64,000 nucleotides of DNA from Candidatus Zhuqueibacterota bacterium. Lineage in GTDB: Bacteria; Zhuqueibacterota; Zhuqueibacteria; Thermofontimicrobiales; Thermofontimicrobiaceae. The position numbers and the translations under genes are program-made. Position 1 is the first letter of the stretch. Every line of letters begins with the position of its first letter. This document shows, piece after piece, positions 30,503-40,739 of this stretch. The stretch is taken from NCBI GenBank assembly GCA_034506395.1, contig JAPDPQ010000001.1, forward strand, positions 4,435-68,434. The letters run 5' to 3'. The notes beneath the pieces are model-generated. The model searched no databases. It had not been told where the DNA came from and saw nothing but the letters and a program-made list of their open reading frames with translations.

Positions 30503-31438
30503 TCAATCAAATAAAATACTAATGGATTCCTCATTATGAATTCGCTGGATGGCATTCCCGAATAAATTCGCCACCGATATTACTTTTAATTTATCGAACA
30601 TCTTTTTTTCATCCAACGGGATCGTATCAGTAACAACGATTTCAGAAAAAAAGGAATTTTTCAATTTTTCTGGCGCATTCCCAGACAAGATAGCATGGGT
30701 ACACCCGGCATAAGCACCTTTTGCCCCCTCCAAAAACGCTGCCTCAGCCGCTTGCAGCATTGTCCCTCCGGTATCGACAATATCGTCGATAATAAGGATG
30801 TTTTTATCCTTCACTGAACCAATGATACTCATGACCTCCGCTTGGTTTGGCTTTGGTCGGCGTTTGTCCGCAATCGCAAGGGGAATATGAAGTCGTTTCG
30901 CATAAGCCCGGGCAAATTTGACGCCGCCAATATCGGGAGATAGCACCACCAAATCCTCTATCCCACGTTTCAAATAATAGTCGACCAAAATCGGTGCCGA
31001 ATATAAATGATCCAGTGGGATATCAAAAAAACCTTGAATTTGGGCAGCATGAAGATCCATGGTCAAAACGCGATCTGCCCCAGCAGTGGTGATCAGATTT
31101 GCCACCAATTTCGCGGTGATCGCCACGCGCGGCTGATCTTTTCGATCTTGCCGGGCATATCCATAATATGGAATGACAGCGGTGATCCTTTTAGCCGAAG
31201 AACGACGCGCTGCATCGATCATGATAAGCAATTCCATCAAATTGCTAGATGGCGCATTGGTTGACTGAACGATGAAAACATCACAACCACGGATATTCTC
31301 ATTATACTTCACCCAAATTTCACCATCGCTAAAGTATTGGATGCTGGAATCCCCTAGCGGGATACCCAAGTAATCGACAATCTTCTTGGCCAATTGCTTT
31401 CCATTCGTTCCAGCGAATACCTTCAAAGAATTGCTCAT
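30503..31438 (-). CDS. prs: Ribose-phosphate pyrophosphokinase (PRPP synthetase)
   Basis: LKVFAGTNGKQLAKKI...DLHAAQIQGFF...IDDIVDTGGT. The start is taken at the internal MSNSLKVF. Confidence 0.9.
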   Translation of the reverse strand: MSNSLKVFAGTNGKQLAKKIVDYLGIPLGDSSIQYFSDGEIWVKYNENIRGCDVFIVQSTNAPSSNLMELLIMIDAARRSSAKRITAVIPYYGYARQDRKDQPRVAITAKLVANLITTAGADRVLTMDLHAAQIQGFFDIPLDHLYSAPILVDYYLKRGIEDLVVLSPDIGGVKFARAYAKRLHIPLAIADKRRPKPNQAEVMSIIGSVKDKNILIIDDIVDTGGTMLQAAEAAFLEGAKGAYAGCTHAILSGNAPEKLKNSFFSEIVVTDTIPLDEKKMFDKLKVISVANLFGNAIQRIHNEESISILFD

Positions 31439-31615
31439 CAATTCAAGGTCCTTAGATAAAAAATGACGAGAAAACTTATGGAGCCAGCACCAAAACGATC
31501 TCAGGGGAACATAAAGTTTCCGTTTGACAGGTTGGGACATCACCCGTGATGTCGGCTCCAATACCGCTTTTCGTCATTCACCATACAATAAAGAGCTATC
31601 ACAATCAAAAACAAG

Positions 31616-31686
31616 CTGGGGCGGGAGGATTCGAACCCCCGATACAGGGACCAAAACCCTGTGCCTTGCCGCTTGGCCACGCCCCA
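31616..31686 (-). tRNA. tRNA-Gln (anticodon TTG), CCA not encoded
   Basis: The reverse complement reads TGGGGCGTGGCCAAGCGGCAAGGCACAGGGTTTTGGTCCCTGTATCGGGGGTTCGAATCCTCCCGCCCCAG. It has a 7-bp acceptor stem, a TTTTGGT anticodon loop and a GGTTCGAATCC T-arm, and is close to E. coli tRNA-Gln. Confidence 0.8.
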
Positions 31687-31707
31687 GTGTTGGACAATTC
31701 TAACATA

Positions 31708-32007
31708 TTAATACAGCTCATCCTCAGAGGTGGACTCTTCGACTGGAGCTCCTGATTGCAATTTTCGATTGTACTCTTCAAGGATGACTTTTTCAATCAA
31801 CTGACGAAACTCGTTGTTGATTGGATGGGCAATATCTCGAAAGGAACCATCAGACATTCTTCGACTGGGCATACTGACAAAATAGCCGTTTGCCCCTTTT
31901 ATGACTTTCATTCCGCGGACAACAAACTGATTATCAAACGTTACATTAACAAAAGCTTTCAGCTTTTCTTCGTTGCGTAGGGTAACGTTGACTTCTGTTA
32001 TTTCCAT
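31708..32007 (-). CDS. spoVG: Septation protein SpoVG
   Basis: MEITEVNVTLRNEEKLKAFVNVTFDNQFVVRGMKVIKGANGYFVSMPSRR. Confidence 0.85.
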   Translation of the reverse strand: MEITEVNVTLRNEEKLKAFVNVTFDNQFVVRGMKVIKGANGYFVSMPSRRMSDGSFRDIAHPINNEFRQLIEKVILEEYNRKLQSGAPVEESTSEDELY

Positions 32008-32200
32008 TCCTCTCTCCTGCAATACTAATAAAATCTAAAAATGGCTGCTTGCTTTGTTTTGGCTTCTTGTTGTCTACTCTATTGGAGCATGTTCCTATCA
32101 TATTGCCCTTGGTTGCAGTTCCAATAACATTTGATAACAGAAAAAATTTGTCCCGTCTAATTATTTGTCCCCTACTCGTCTCCACTCCCGAAATCTCAAA

Positions 32201-33082
32201 CTACAGATGGGTCGTTGTTATCATTGGCATTGCAACGATAATTTGGTAGGGCATAAATCCTGACCTCTCCACCGCCACCGCATCTGTATAATTATCAAAC
32301 AATCCATAAATGGTTGATCCACTGCCCGACATACTAGCGAAAAATGCGCCTCGATCATATAGCATTTGTTTGATCTCGCCAAGCAATGGATAGCGCCGAA
32401 GAACCACCTCCTCTAAATCATTTCGAACGACCTTTCTTAGATCAGAAATTGTCATACCCTTGAAAAATAAGTAGGATAATTTAATACTTTTTTTTGTCTT
32501 TGTCAAGCTAAAATTATAATTACTAAATGCCCATCTTGAAGAAATTTCAATATTTGGATATACGAGAACACAAAAAAAATTAAATGGTAATTCAATCGGT
32601 CGAATTTGATCCCCGATCCCTGTGCCTAATGCTGTACCACCATACAAGAAAAACGGCACATCCGCACCCAGCTCTTTAGCCAGTTCATGGAATCGATCGA
32701 GCGATAAATCCAATCGCCAAAGGCGAGATAAGCCCCTTAAGACTGCCGCCGCGTCACTGCTTCCACCCCCTAATCCTGCTGCTAATGGAATGTGCTTATA
32801 AAGCCGAATCAAGACACCGTCATTCCGACCACTATGCTGGCGAATTAATTTTGCTGCCTGAACGCAGAGGTTCGATTCGCCCAAAGGCAGCCTTGCATCA
32901 TTACTCCACAATTCGATCCCATGATGATCCGTTTTTTGGATTATTATCTCGTCATAAAGATCAATTTGTTGGAAAATCGTTTCAATCTCGTGATAGCCAT
33001 CGGAACGTCTGCCTAAAATTTGGAGCCCAATATTGATTTTCGCATAAGCTCTCTCGTAACATTCCTCCATAATGGCGATCAC
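32201..33082 (-). CDS. ispE: 4-diphosphocytidyl-2-C-methyl-D-erythritol kinase
   Basis: AKINIGLQILGRRSDGYHEIETIF...IPLAAGLGGGSSDAAAVL is the GHMP kinase motif. Confidence 0.85.
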   Translation of the reverse strand: MIAIMEECYERAYAKINIGLQILGRRSDGYHEIETIFQQIDLYDEIIIQKTDHHGIELWSNDARLPLGESNLCVQAAKLIRQHSGRNDGVLIRLYKHIPLAAGLGGGSSDAAAVLRGLSRLWRLDLSLDRFHELAKELGADVPFFLYGGTALGTGIGDQIRPIELPFNFFCVLVYPNIEISSRWAFSNYNFSLTKTKKSIKLSYLFFKGMTISDLRKVVRNDLEEVVLRRYPLLGEIKQMLYDRGAFFASMSGSGSTIYGLFDNYTDAVAVERSGFMPYQIIVAMPMITTTHL

Positions 33083-33352
33083 TATTATTCAATGTCACTA
33101 ATTTGTCAGAATAAGCTGTTACCCGAAAGCTATAAACAAGCATCTTCGCTGATAATAAACAAAAACTCCATTAAGATGGAGCTCACATTCGTTATGCAAT
33201 TCATTTCGAACGATCTTTTTATTCGGTCAAAAATTAAGAATTTTTTTTGAATTTGTCAACATTTATTTCTCTCTCCGTACATTTATCTTGCAATCGTTGC
33301 TTTGTTTTTGTATCTTATCACACCAATGAATGAAACTGGGGTGGAGCTGGAG

Positions 33353-34078
33353 ATGGAAAAGATATTTTTTATTTCGGATCTTCACATCGGTGCTGGTACC
33401 AGAAGCGAAGAAGAACTTAGGCTGAAGCGACTCTTTTCATTTTTTCATCATATCAATCAACCTGGCAATCAGCTTTTCATAGTTGGAGATCTGTTCGATT
33501 TCTGGTTTGAATATCGGCATGTGATCCCAAACCAATATTTCAATGTCCTTTATCGCATTCATCAGCTTATCGAGAGCCAGGTGACGGTTCATTTCCTCCC
33601 AGGAAATCATGATAGCTGGATTAAAGATTTCTTTGCCAAACATGTCAAAATGCGGGTTCACCCAGAAATGGCCGAGCTTGTAATCCAATCGAAAAAATTG
33701 TTATTGTTTCATGGGGATGGTATTTCCAAAAAGGATGTGGGGTATCGAATTCTAAAAAAGATCTTTCGCAATCCAGTAAACATATTTTTATATCGGTTGG
33801 TTCATCCTGATATTGGGATCCCGCTGGCAAAGCTAATGTCCCAGGGGAGTAGAAAGCATACCGCTGGGAAAATCCTTAATGATGAAGAAGACTACTGGAA
33901 CTTCGCCATGGAGAAATTTCAATTGGGTTTCGATTATGTGATCGTCGGTCATTCTCATAACCCATTATTCAGGAAATTCGGAGACCAAGCGTTTTTAAAT
34001 TTGGGGGACTGGATCAATCATTTTAGTTATGGGGAATTACATCGCGGTGAGTTAACTTTGCGCTATTGGAACAGTTGA
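33353..34078 (+). CDS. Calcineurin-like metallophosphoesterase, UDP-2,3-diacylglucosamine diphosphatase (LpxH)-like
   Basis: IFFISDLHIG...FIVGDLFDFWFEY...GNHD are LpxH-family motifs. Confidence 0.7.
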   Translation: MEKIFFISDLHIGAGTRSEEELRLKRLFSFFHHINQPGNQLFIVGDLFDFWFEYRHVIPNQYFNVLYRIHQLIESQVTVHFLPGNHDSWIKDFFAKHVKMRVHPEMAELVIQSKKLLLFHGDGISKKDVGYRILKKIFRNPVNIFLYRLVHPDIGIPLAKLMSQGSRKHTAGKILNDEEDYWNFAMEKFQLGFDYVIVGHSHNPLFRKFGDQAFLNLGDWINHFSYGELHRGELTLRYWNS

Positions 34079-34287
34079 TTTTTCCTTGTCGTTTAATTCA
34101 TGAATTTTGAGCATGCAAGGGAATAAATTTTCGCTGATTATAGCGAAACTTCAAATGAGAACATTTTTTTCTGGATTACCACTTCTGCCCGAGTGCCTTG
34201 ATTGGGCTTGTTAGGCTCGTGATAGATTCACTAGGCTCTTAAAGCGAAAGCACTGTTGAGGAGCAAATGCGGAGATATAGACGAATT

Positions 34288-36471
34288 ATGGAATTAAACA
34301 ATTCTTCAAGTCCATCACAACAATTCTCCACACTAAACTTTCAAAGCTGGAAAGTCAGGATTGCAATCATATTCGGACTGTTGATATTGTTTCTTATTAT
34401 TTATATCGCGATTTTGAGTCAGGACCTACCTTCGTTAAGTCAATTGGAGAACTACGATCCTGAGCTGGCGACCAAGCTTTACTCTCGGGATGGGGTGGTG
34501 ATTAAAGAGCTCTTTACCAAAAAGCGGATCTTCATCCCGTTGGAGCAAATTCCGGACAACATGATTAAAGCAGTGTTGGCCACAGAGGACCGCATTTTTT
34601 ACAAGCATTGGGGCATCAATGTAAAACGCTTTACTTACGTGATGTTGGTCAATCTCATTCATTTTCGTTATCAACAGGGAGCAAGCACCATTACCCAGCA
34701 ATTGGCCCGACAATTATATTTGAATTTGGAAAAGAAAATCTCGCGCAAGATCAAAGAGTGGATCACGGCCATCCAGATTGAACGGACCTATACGAAGAAT
34801 GAAATCTTGGAGATGTACCTGAACCAGATGAATTTTGGTCAGGGCAATTATGGGGTGCAAGCTGCAGCATTGGATTTCTTCGGGAAGAACGCACGAGATT
34901 TGACGCTCGAGGAATGTGCTTTGTTGGCTGGATTATTGCAGCGACCTGCCTCATACTACCCCTACCGCTATCCAGAGCGCGCCATGCAGCGGAGAAACGT
35001 GGTGTTGCATAATATGTTGGAGCAAAAATACATTACTCGGGAACAGTATGAGCAGGCTAAAGCCCAGCCGCTTCGATTGAAGCCTTATGATCCAAAGGCG
35101 ATCTACGGGATCGCTCCATATTTCACTGAATATGTACGCCAGCAACTGCAGGATCGTTATAGCATGGACCTTTATAAAGGGGGCTATTCAGTATATACTA
35201 CGTTAGATACCAGAGTGCAAGCAGCAGCCGAGCGGGCGATGCAAAACCAGCTCCACCAATTGCAGAAAAAATTTAACAAACGGCTCATTTCCAGCAATCG
35301 ATTTAAAAAATTGATTCCAGAAGAGGTTTTAGCCGAAATTCCTCTTGAGCGGCTTAAGAGCAATGAACGACTACTGGACTCGCTTTTAACAGAATATGTG
35401 CCAATTCAAGCGGCGCTGATCGCCCTTGATCCGCGGGATGGACAGATCTTAGCAATGATCGGAGGACGAGACTTTGAAAAATACAAGTTCAATCGTGCCC
35501 TTCAAGCAAAAAGGCAGCCAGGATCAACTTTTAAACCGATTGTTTACACGGCTGCGATTGATAATGGATATCCGCCATGTTACGAACTTTTGAACCAGCC
35601 AGTGGTGCTATATCTTCCAAACGGTGATCGATGGGCACCACGCAATTATGACAATTCCCAGGGCGGGCCAACTACGTTGCGTGAAGCCTTACGACGTTCG
35701 CTAAATCTGGTGACCGCTCGACTGGTCCAAGAACTTGTTCCACCGAAAACGGTAGCTGATTATGCAGAAAAATTGGGCATTACCACCCCTGTTCCGCCCT
35801 ATGAGGCCGTTGCCCTTGGCTCGGCGGATGTAATTCTGGCCGAAATGACAGCTGCCTTTGGCGTTTTTGCCAATCAGGGAATTCTCACCAAACCCTTTGG
35901 CGTCTTGAGAGTCGAGGATAAATACGGCAATAAATTGGAAGAAAATAAGCCCGAAATCAAAGAGGTGCTTCGTAAGGAAACAGCCTATATCATGGCGGAT
36001 ATGCTCAGAACCGTTGTGGATCATGGCACTGGGGTCGCAGCCCGGACGACCTTTCATTTCTATCGACCCGCAGGTGGTAAAACTGGGACAACGAATGGTT
36101 TCACCGATGCGTGGTTCATTGGCTTTACCCCACAAATCGTTGCTGGAGTTTGGGTCGGCTTCGATGACCCAGCGCTGTCCCTCGGAGAAGGACAAGCTGG
36201 CGCTGTCGTTGCGCTGCCGATCTGGGCGCCGTTCATGAAAACCGCCCACGATACCCTCGAGCTCCCAGTACTCGATTTCGAAATGCCCCCTGGGGTGGTC
36301 CGTTTGGAAATCTGCAAAGAAACAAAAAAATTGGCGTCCGAATATTGTCCTGAAATCATCTCCGAGCTATTCGAAACCCGGTTTGCCCCGACCGAGCATT
36401 GCGATGTTCATACGGGATTCCATGACAGGAAAAAATCCCAGGAAAACATCCGCAAACGCATTCGCTTCTGA
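34288..36471 (+). CDS. Class A penicillin-binding protein (PBP1A; glycosyltransferase + transpeptidase)
   Basis: N-terminal TM. GT51 motifs (EDRIFYKHWGIN, STITQQLAR) and transpeptidase motifs (STFKP, SLN, KTGTT). Confidence 0.85.
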   Translation: MELNNSSSPSQQFSTLNFQSWKVRIAIIFGLLILFLIIYIAILSQDLPSLSQLENYDPELATKLYSRDGVVIKELFTKKRIFIPLEQIPDNMIKAVLATEDRIFYKHWGINVKRFTYVMLVNLIHFRYQQGASTITQQLARQLYLNLEKKISRKIKEWITAIQIERTYTKNEILEMYLNQMNFGQGNYGVQAAALDFFGKNARDLTLEECALLAGLLQRPASYYPYRYPERAMQRRNVVLHNMLEQKYITREQYEQAKAQPLRLKPYDPKAIYGIAPYFTEYVRQQLQDRYSMDLYKGGYSVYTTLDTRVQAAAERAMQNQLHQLQKKFNKRLISSNRFKKLIPEEVLAEIPLERLKSNERLLDSLLTEYVPIQAALIALDPRDGQILAMIGGRDFEKYKFNRALQAKRQPGSTFKPIVYTAAIDNGYPPCYELLNQPVVLYLPNGDRWAPRNYDNSQGGPTTLREALRRSLNLVTARLVQELVPPKTVADYAEKLGITTPVPPYEAVALGSADVILAEMTAAFGVFANQGILTKPFGVLRVEDKYGNKLEENKPEIKEVLRKETAYIMADMLRTVVDHGTGVAARTTFHFYRPAGGKTGTTNGFTDAWFIGFTPQIVAGVWVGFDDPALSLGEGQAGAVVALPIWAPFMKTAHDTLELPVLDFEMPPGVVRLEICKETKKLASEYCPEIISELFETRFAPTEHCDVHTGFHDRKKSQENIRKRIRF

Positions 36472-36933
36472 GGCCCAAGGCCTTTGGGAGACATTGCGGT
36501 TATATGGCCATTAATGTTTTCTAGGTCAAACAATCAGTGATTTGCAATGAATTGCGCCCGCTCCACCCCTTCGACCAGCACATTGACTCCGTCCTAGCTT
36601 GCGCAACTCATTCGGATCGCGTGAATTATTTGTAGGTCAGAAGTAGCAATCCTTTATTTATGAAGAGGGATGGAATAGTTTTATCCGCCTCACCTTCGAA
36701 TTGCAAAGCTCTCGAATTTATTGATACAAAAAATCTCTCGGGAAAACTATTTTATGATTCTTCATCCCTAACTTGTAGAGCTCTGCAAATTGAGCAAATT
36801 GCCTATAAGCAAATGTCCCTCTGCTGACGCATGACTCGCATTTATTTAAACACCCAATAAGTTAGCAGATCCCTACCTCTCCAGGGATGATATCGATATT
36901 GCGATATTTTTGAGCTATGAAGGCAATCGCAGG

Positions 36934-38229
36934 TTAGTGAATGGAGCCCAATATCAATCTTGGGACCTGACATGGTGCTTCATCAATTTCAATTGCCGAT
37001 CGTAAAGCGTGTTCAATTTGCTCAGCATTCATCACTTTTGAGTGATAGATTTCAGCCAAAGGCTCACCGCGTTCCACGCGATCACCGACTTTATGGCACA
37101 AAACGATCCCCGCGGTGGGATCAATGGGATCTCCAATTTTTGCCCGACCAGCGCCGAGTTCCATGGACAACAAGCCGATCTTCAGCGCATTTATCTCGTG
37201 AACATAACCTGATTTGGTGCTGAGCACGGTTTCATGATATTGGCTGAAGGGATATCGAGCAGGATTTTCAACGACTGAAATATCACCTCCCTGGGCAGTT
37301 ACCATCTCAATAAATTTATTATAGGCAGCTCCATTGGCTAATAAAAATTGCAATTGATCAGAATGATGAATTGGCTTTCCCGCCAATCGCAGCATCTCTG
37401 CCGTGAGCGCCAAAGTAATTTCAACTAAGTCATTTGGGCCACCACCATGCAATGTATCAATTGCTTCTTTAACCTCCAGCCAATTCCCAACCGCATAACC
37501 TAAAGGCTGATCCATGGCCGTCATCATGGCCGTAGTGGGCAGGCCGAAGCTTTTTGCAATCGAGATGAATGTCTCGGCTAATTGGTTCGCTCGGTCAAAT
37601 GAGCTAAAAAATGCTCCACGACCAGTTTTAACATCCAACACCAGGGCCTTTGCACCTTCTGCGATCTTTTTGCTCAATATGCTGGCAACAACTAAAGGGA
37701 TCGATGGCACAGTTCCTGTGCGATCGCGTAACGCATAAATCTTTTTGTCCGCCGGGACAATCTCATCGGTTTGCCCAATCATGGCAAGGCCGATTTTTTC
37801 AACTTGTTGAACGAACTCTGTCAAGCTCAACTGGGTTCGAAAGCCGGGGATCGATTCTAATTTGTCCAATGTCCCACCAGAATGGCCCAATCCACGACCA
37901 GACATCATGGGAACTGCTACCCCTGCCGCGGCGGCCAATGGGGCCAAGACCAATGACACCTTATCACCGACCCCTCCAGTGCTGTGCTTATCGACAGGCA
38001 TCCGATCTAAATGGCTGAAGTCTACCGTCCGGCCCGATTGAACCATGAGCTTGGTCAATGCTTGAGTCTCTTCTATGCTCATGCCCTGAAAATAAATGGC
38101 CATCAATAAAGCGGCCATTTGGTAGTCTGGGACCAAACCAGCGACATAGCCATCGATTATTGATTTCAACTCTGCCTCTGAAAGGTGAGATCCGTCTCGC
38201 TTTTTCACAATCAATTGTTCAATATTCAT
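36934..38229 (-). CDS. deoA: Thymidine / pyrimidine-nucleoside phosphorylase
   Basis: IIVKKRDG..LS..E..SII..GYV...KHSTGGVGDKVSLVLAPLAAA...MMSGRGLGHSGGTLDKLESIPGF. Confidence 0.9.
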   Translation of the reverse strand: MNIEQLIVKKRDGSHLSEAELKSIIDGYVAGLVPDYQMAALLMAIYFQGMSIEETQALTKLMVQSGRTVDFSHLDRMPVDKHSTGGVGDKVSLVLAPLAAAAGVAVPMMSGRGLGHSGGTLDKLESIPGFRTQLSLTEFVQQVEKIGLAMIGQTDEIVPADKKIYALRDRTGTVPSIPLVVASILSKKIAEGAKALVLDVKTGRGAFFSSFDRANQLAETFISIAKSFGLPTTAMMTAMDQPLGYAVGNWLEVKEAIDTLHGGGPNDLVEITLALTAEMLRLAGKPIHHSDQLQFLLANGAAYNKFIEMVTAQGGDISVVENPARYPFSQYHETVLSTKSGYVHEINALKIGLLSMELGAGRAKIGDPIDPTAGIVLCHKVGDRVERGEPLAEIYHSKVMNAEQIEHALRSAIEIDEAPCQVPRLILGSIH

Positions 38230-38319
38230 CGTTCCTCTTCCTTTTTCCAAAAAACAAAGAAGCAATCAAACAACGATTGCTTCTTTAATTTTGTTTTCAT
38301 TCTATAGCTCTATTTCGTG

Positions 38320-39681
38320 TCAACTAAGAGCGCTCAATTGCTTAATCTCCTCAACAAATTGATAAGCCAGTGCATTGGCTTGGTCCATGGTTTTCGCCTC
38401 AGCGTAGATTCGGATAATTGGCTCTGTATTGGACGGTCGAATTTGCACCCAGCGATCGGGCCATAGGATCTTCAAACCGTCCGTCAGATCGAGACGCTGG
38501 TTATTGTATTTATTGGTCATCGTCTTCAATAACTCGCCAATATTCACATCGGCCAATTCAATGCGACTCTTAGCGATCACATATTGCGGCAAAGATCGTT
38601 GCAATTCGCCAATAGAGCCCCCAAATTCAGCCAATTGCTGCAAAGTTAAGGCAATTCCCACTGGTGCATCTCGGCCTAAATGAAGCTCCGGCAAGATAAC
38701 TCCTCCGTTTCCTTCCCCACCGATCACCGCCTTCACTTCCTTCATCTTTTTTGCGACATGAATTTCCCCAACTTTGGTTCGAAACACCTCAGCGCCATAT
38801 TTGGCAGCAATTTCGTCGATCGCCTGGGTGACCGAGACATTGACCGCCACTGGCCCGTGTCTTTTTTGAAGCACATAATTCACAGCTAACGCCAAAGTAT
38901 ACTCCTCGCCCAGGGGATTGCCGTGCTCATCGACAATGGCGAGCCGATCGACATCCGGATCCACTGCAAAGCCCAGATCGGCACCAGTGCGCTTCACTGT
39001 CTGGCATAATTCTTTGAGATTCTCTGGCAATGGTTCTGGTGGATGCGAAAATAACCCAGTTGGATCCTCATTGATAAATATCACATCGCATCCCAGGCGT
39101 TGCAATAATTGGGGTAAAATGGTCCCACCTGCTCCATTCACACAATCTACGACAACCCTAAATTTCCGGGCAGCTATCTTCTCTGGTGAAATCAAATCTA
39201 ATCGCAAAATGGCATCGATATGATGCCGAATAGCGGTGTTATTAAGTTCGATCTTTCCAATTTGATCCCAAGGGACAAAGCGAAATTCTGCTTCGTCGGC
39301 AAGCTGAATGACTTTCTTGCCTTGTATCTCATCGAGGAACATGCCAGAGGCATCGATCAATTTCAACGCGTTCCATTCGATTGGATTATGGCTGGCTGTG
39401 ATGGCAATGCCTCCACGCGCCTTAAAATGCTCCACCGCCAATTCTACCGTTGGCGTTGGGCAAATGCCGATATCAATTACATCGCATCCCATGGCCGTCA
39501 GGCCAGAGAGCACCGCATGCTTGACCATGGGTCCAGTGATTCGGGAGTCTCTTCCTACCACCACCTTTCCTCCACCCAAATAAGCCCCGAATGCCTGGGC
39601 GTATCGGAGGACCACCTCTGGGGTTAACCCATCTCCAACCACGCCTCTTATTCCCGAGATGCTAACCATTAATTTCGCCAC
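38320..39681 (-). CDS. Alpha-D-phosphohexomutase family protein (PGM/PMM/GlmM-like); candidate phosphopentomutase by context
   Basis: SGIRGVVG...GIAITASHNP (phosphoserine loop)...FAVDPDVDRLAIVDEHGN (metal loop)...GGEGNGG. Confidence 0.8.
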   Translation of the reverse strand: MAKLMVSISGIRGVVGDGLTPEVVLRYAQAFGAYLGGGKVVVGRDSRITGPMVKHAVLSGLTAMGCDVIDIGICPTPTVELAVEHFKARGGIAITASHNPIEWNALKLIDASGMFLDEIQGKKVIQLADEAEFRFVPWDQIGKIELNNTAIRHHIDAILRLDLISPEKIAARKFRVVVDCVNGAGGTILPQLLQRLGCDVIFINEDPTGLFSHPPEPLPENLKELCQTVKRTGADLGFAVDPDVDRLAIVDEHGNPLGEEYTLALAVNYVLQKRHGPVAVNVSVTQAIDEIAAKYGAEVFRTKVGEIHVAKKMKEVKAVIGGEGNGGVILPELHLGRDAPVGIALTLQQLAEFGGSIGELQRSLPQYVIAKSRIELADVNIGELLKTMTNKYNNQRLDLTDGLKILWPDRWVQIRPSNTEPIIRIYAEAKTMDQANALAYQFVEEIKQLSALS

Positions 39682-39720
39682 TTCAACCTCCGTTGCAGTT
39701 TGTTATCAGCCAGTGCCATT

Positions 39721-40296
39721 TTAGAACCGATTATAATGAACAATATCGCTTAATCTTCTTTTAGGGACATGCAGAACACCTTGATCGTCCTTCCAATATT
39801 TAATTGAATCTTTCACTTCTTCCACTACTGGCGACTCATCGGGATAGCCCAATGCCACTACCGAGTCGATTTGATAATGCTGGGGGATGTCAAAAACCGA
39901 TCTCAATTGATTCCGATCGATCGATCCCAGCCAGCAAGATCCTACATTTTCTTCCAGGGCTGTCAGGATCATGTTTTCGATAGCCGCGGCTGCGTCCACG
40001 CTGCCGTTCCCCGATTTGATCTGAGTATTGACCAACACCACAATATACGCCACTGGACGTTTTCCTTCAGGGGGATTCCCCGCAGGAGCAATATAACCTG
40101 CCCATTTCAAAGCAGGAAATACCTTGTTCACCATCTCCGGATCATCGACAATAATGAATTCCAATGGCTGCAGATTTGCCCCCGATGGCGCTAATCGTCC
40201 TGCGTTGACTAATTTTTCCAATAGCTCCAAAGAAAGCGGTTCTTGTTTAAACCGGCGAATCGTTCGACGCTTCAGAATTATCTCATAAACGCTCAC
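39721..40296 (-). CDS. Nitroreductase-family protein
   Basis: LKRRTIRRFKQEPLSLELLEKLVNAGRLAPSGANLQPLEFIIV. Confidence 0.8.
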   Translation of the reverse strand: MSVYEIILKRRTIRRFKQEPLSLELLEKLVNAGRLAPSGANLQPLEFIIVDDPEMVNKVFPALKWAGYIAPAGNPPEGKRPVAYIVVLVNTQIKSGNGSVDAAAAIENMILTALEENVGSCWLGSIDRNQLRSVFDIPQHYQIDSVVALGYPDESPVVEEVKDSIKYWKDDQGVLHVPKRRLSDIVHYNRF

Positions 40297-40739
40297 TTTT
40301 AACTCCTATTGATTGGCAAAAATTAGTAAATGATATAAACGAATATCAACGCTATCTGAGACGGGCCAAAATCAATTGCAAGGATAATTCAACCCGGATC
40401 AGTATTCTCCGAGCCGCCTTTCTTTTTTGCCGGATATAAGCATAGATTTTCGCCTGGATTCCTGCATTCGCAGAAATGACATCATGTTATCTGAATTCGA
40501 TTTTTATATTAGAAACAAATTAGTGTCTGAACGAAAACTTACCTCTCTGTCATTTCGATTGCAGGGCGAAATCTTCAAAAGAATCTCAAAGTAGTAAGAT
40601 TCCTCCCTTCGTTCGCAATGACATTTTTAATTCAAATTTAATGGTTTTCATTCAGGCATTGATTAATTTGACATTGAAAATTTTGCCGCAGCAAAATATA
40701 TTGAAAATTTGGTCGAAAATCAATAGTAAATTTGAACCT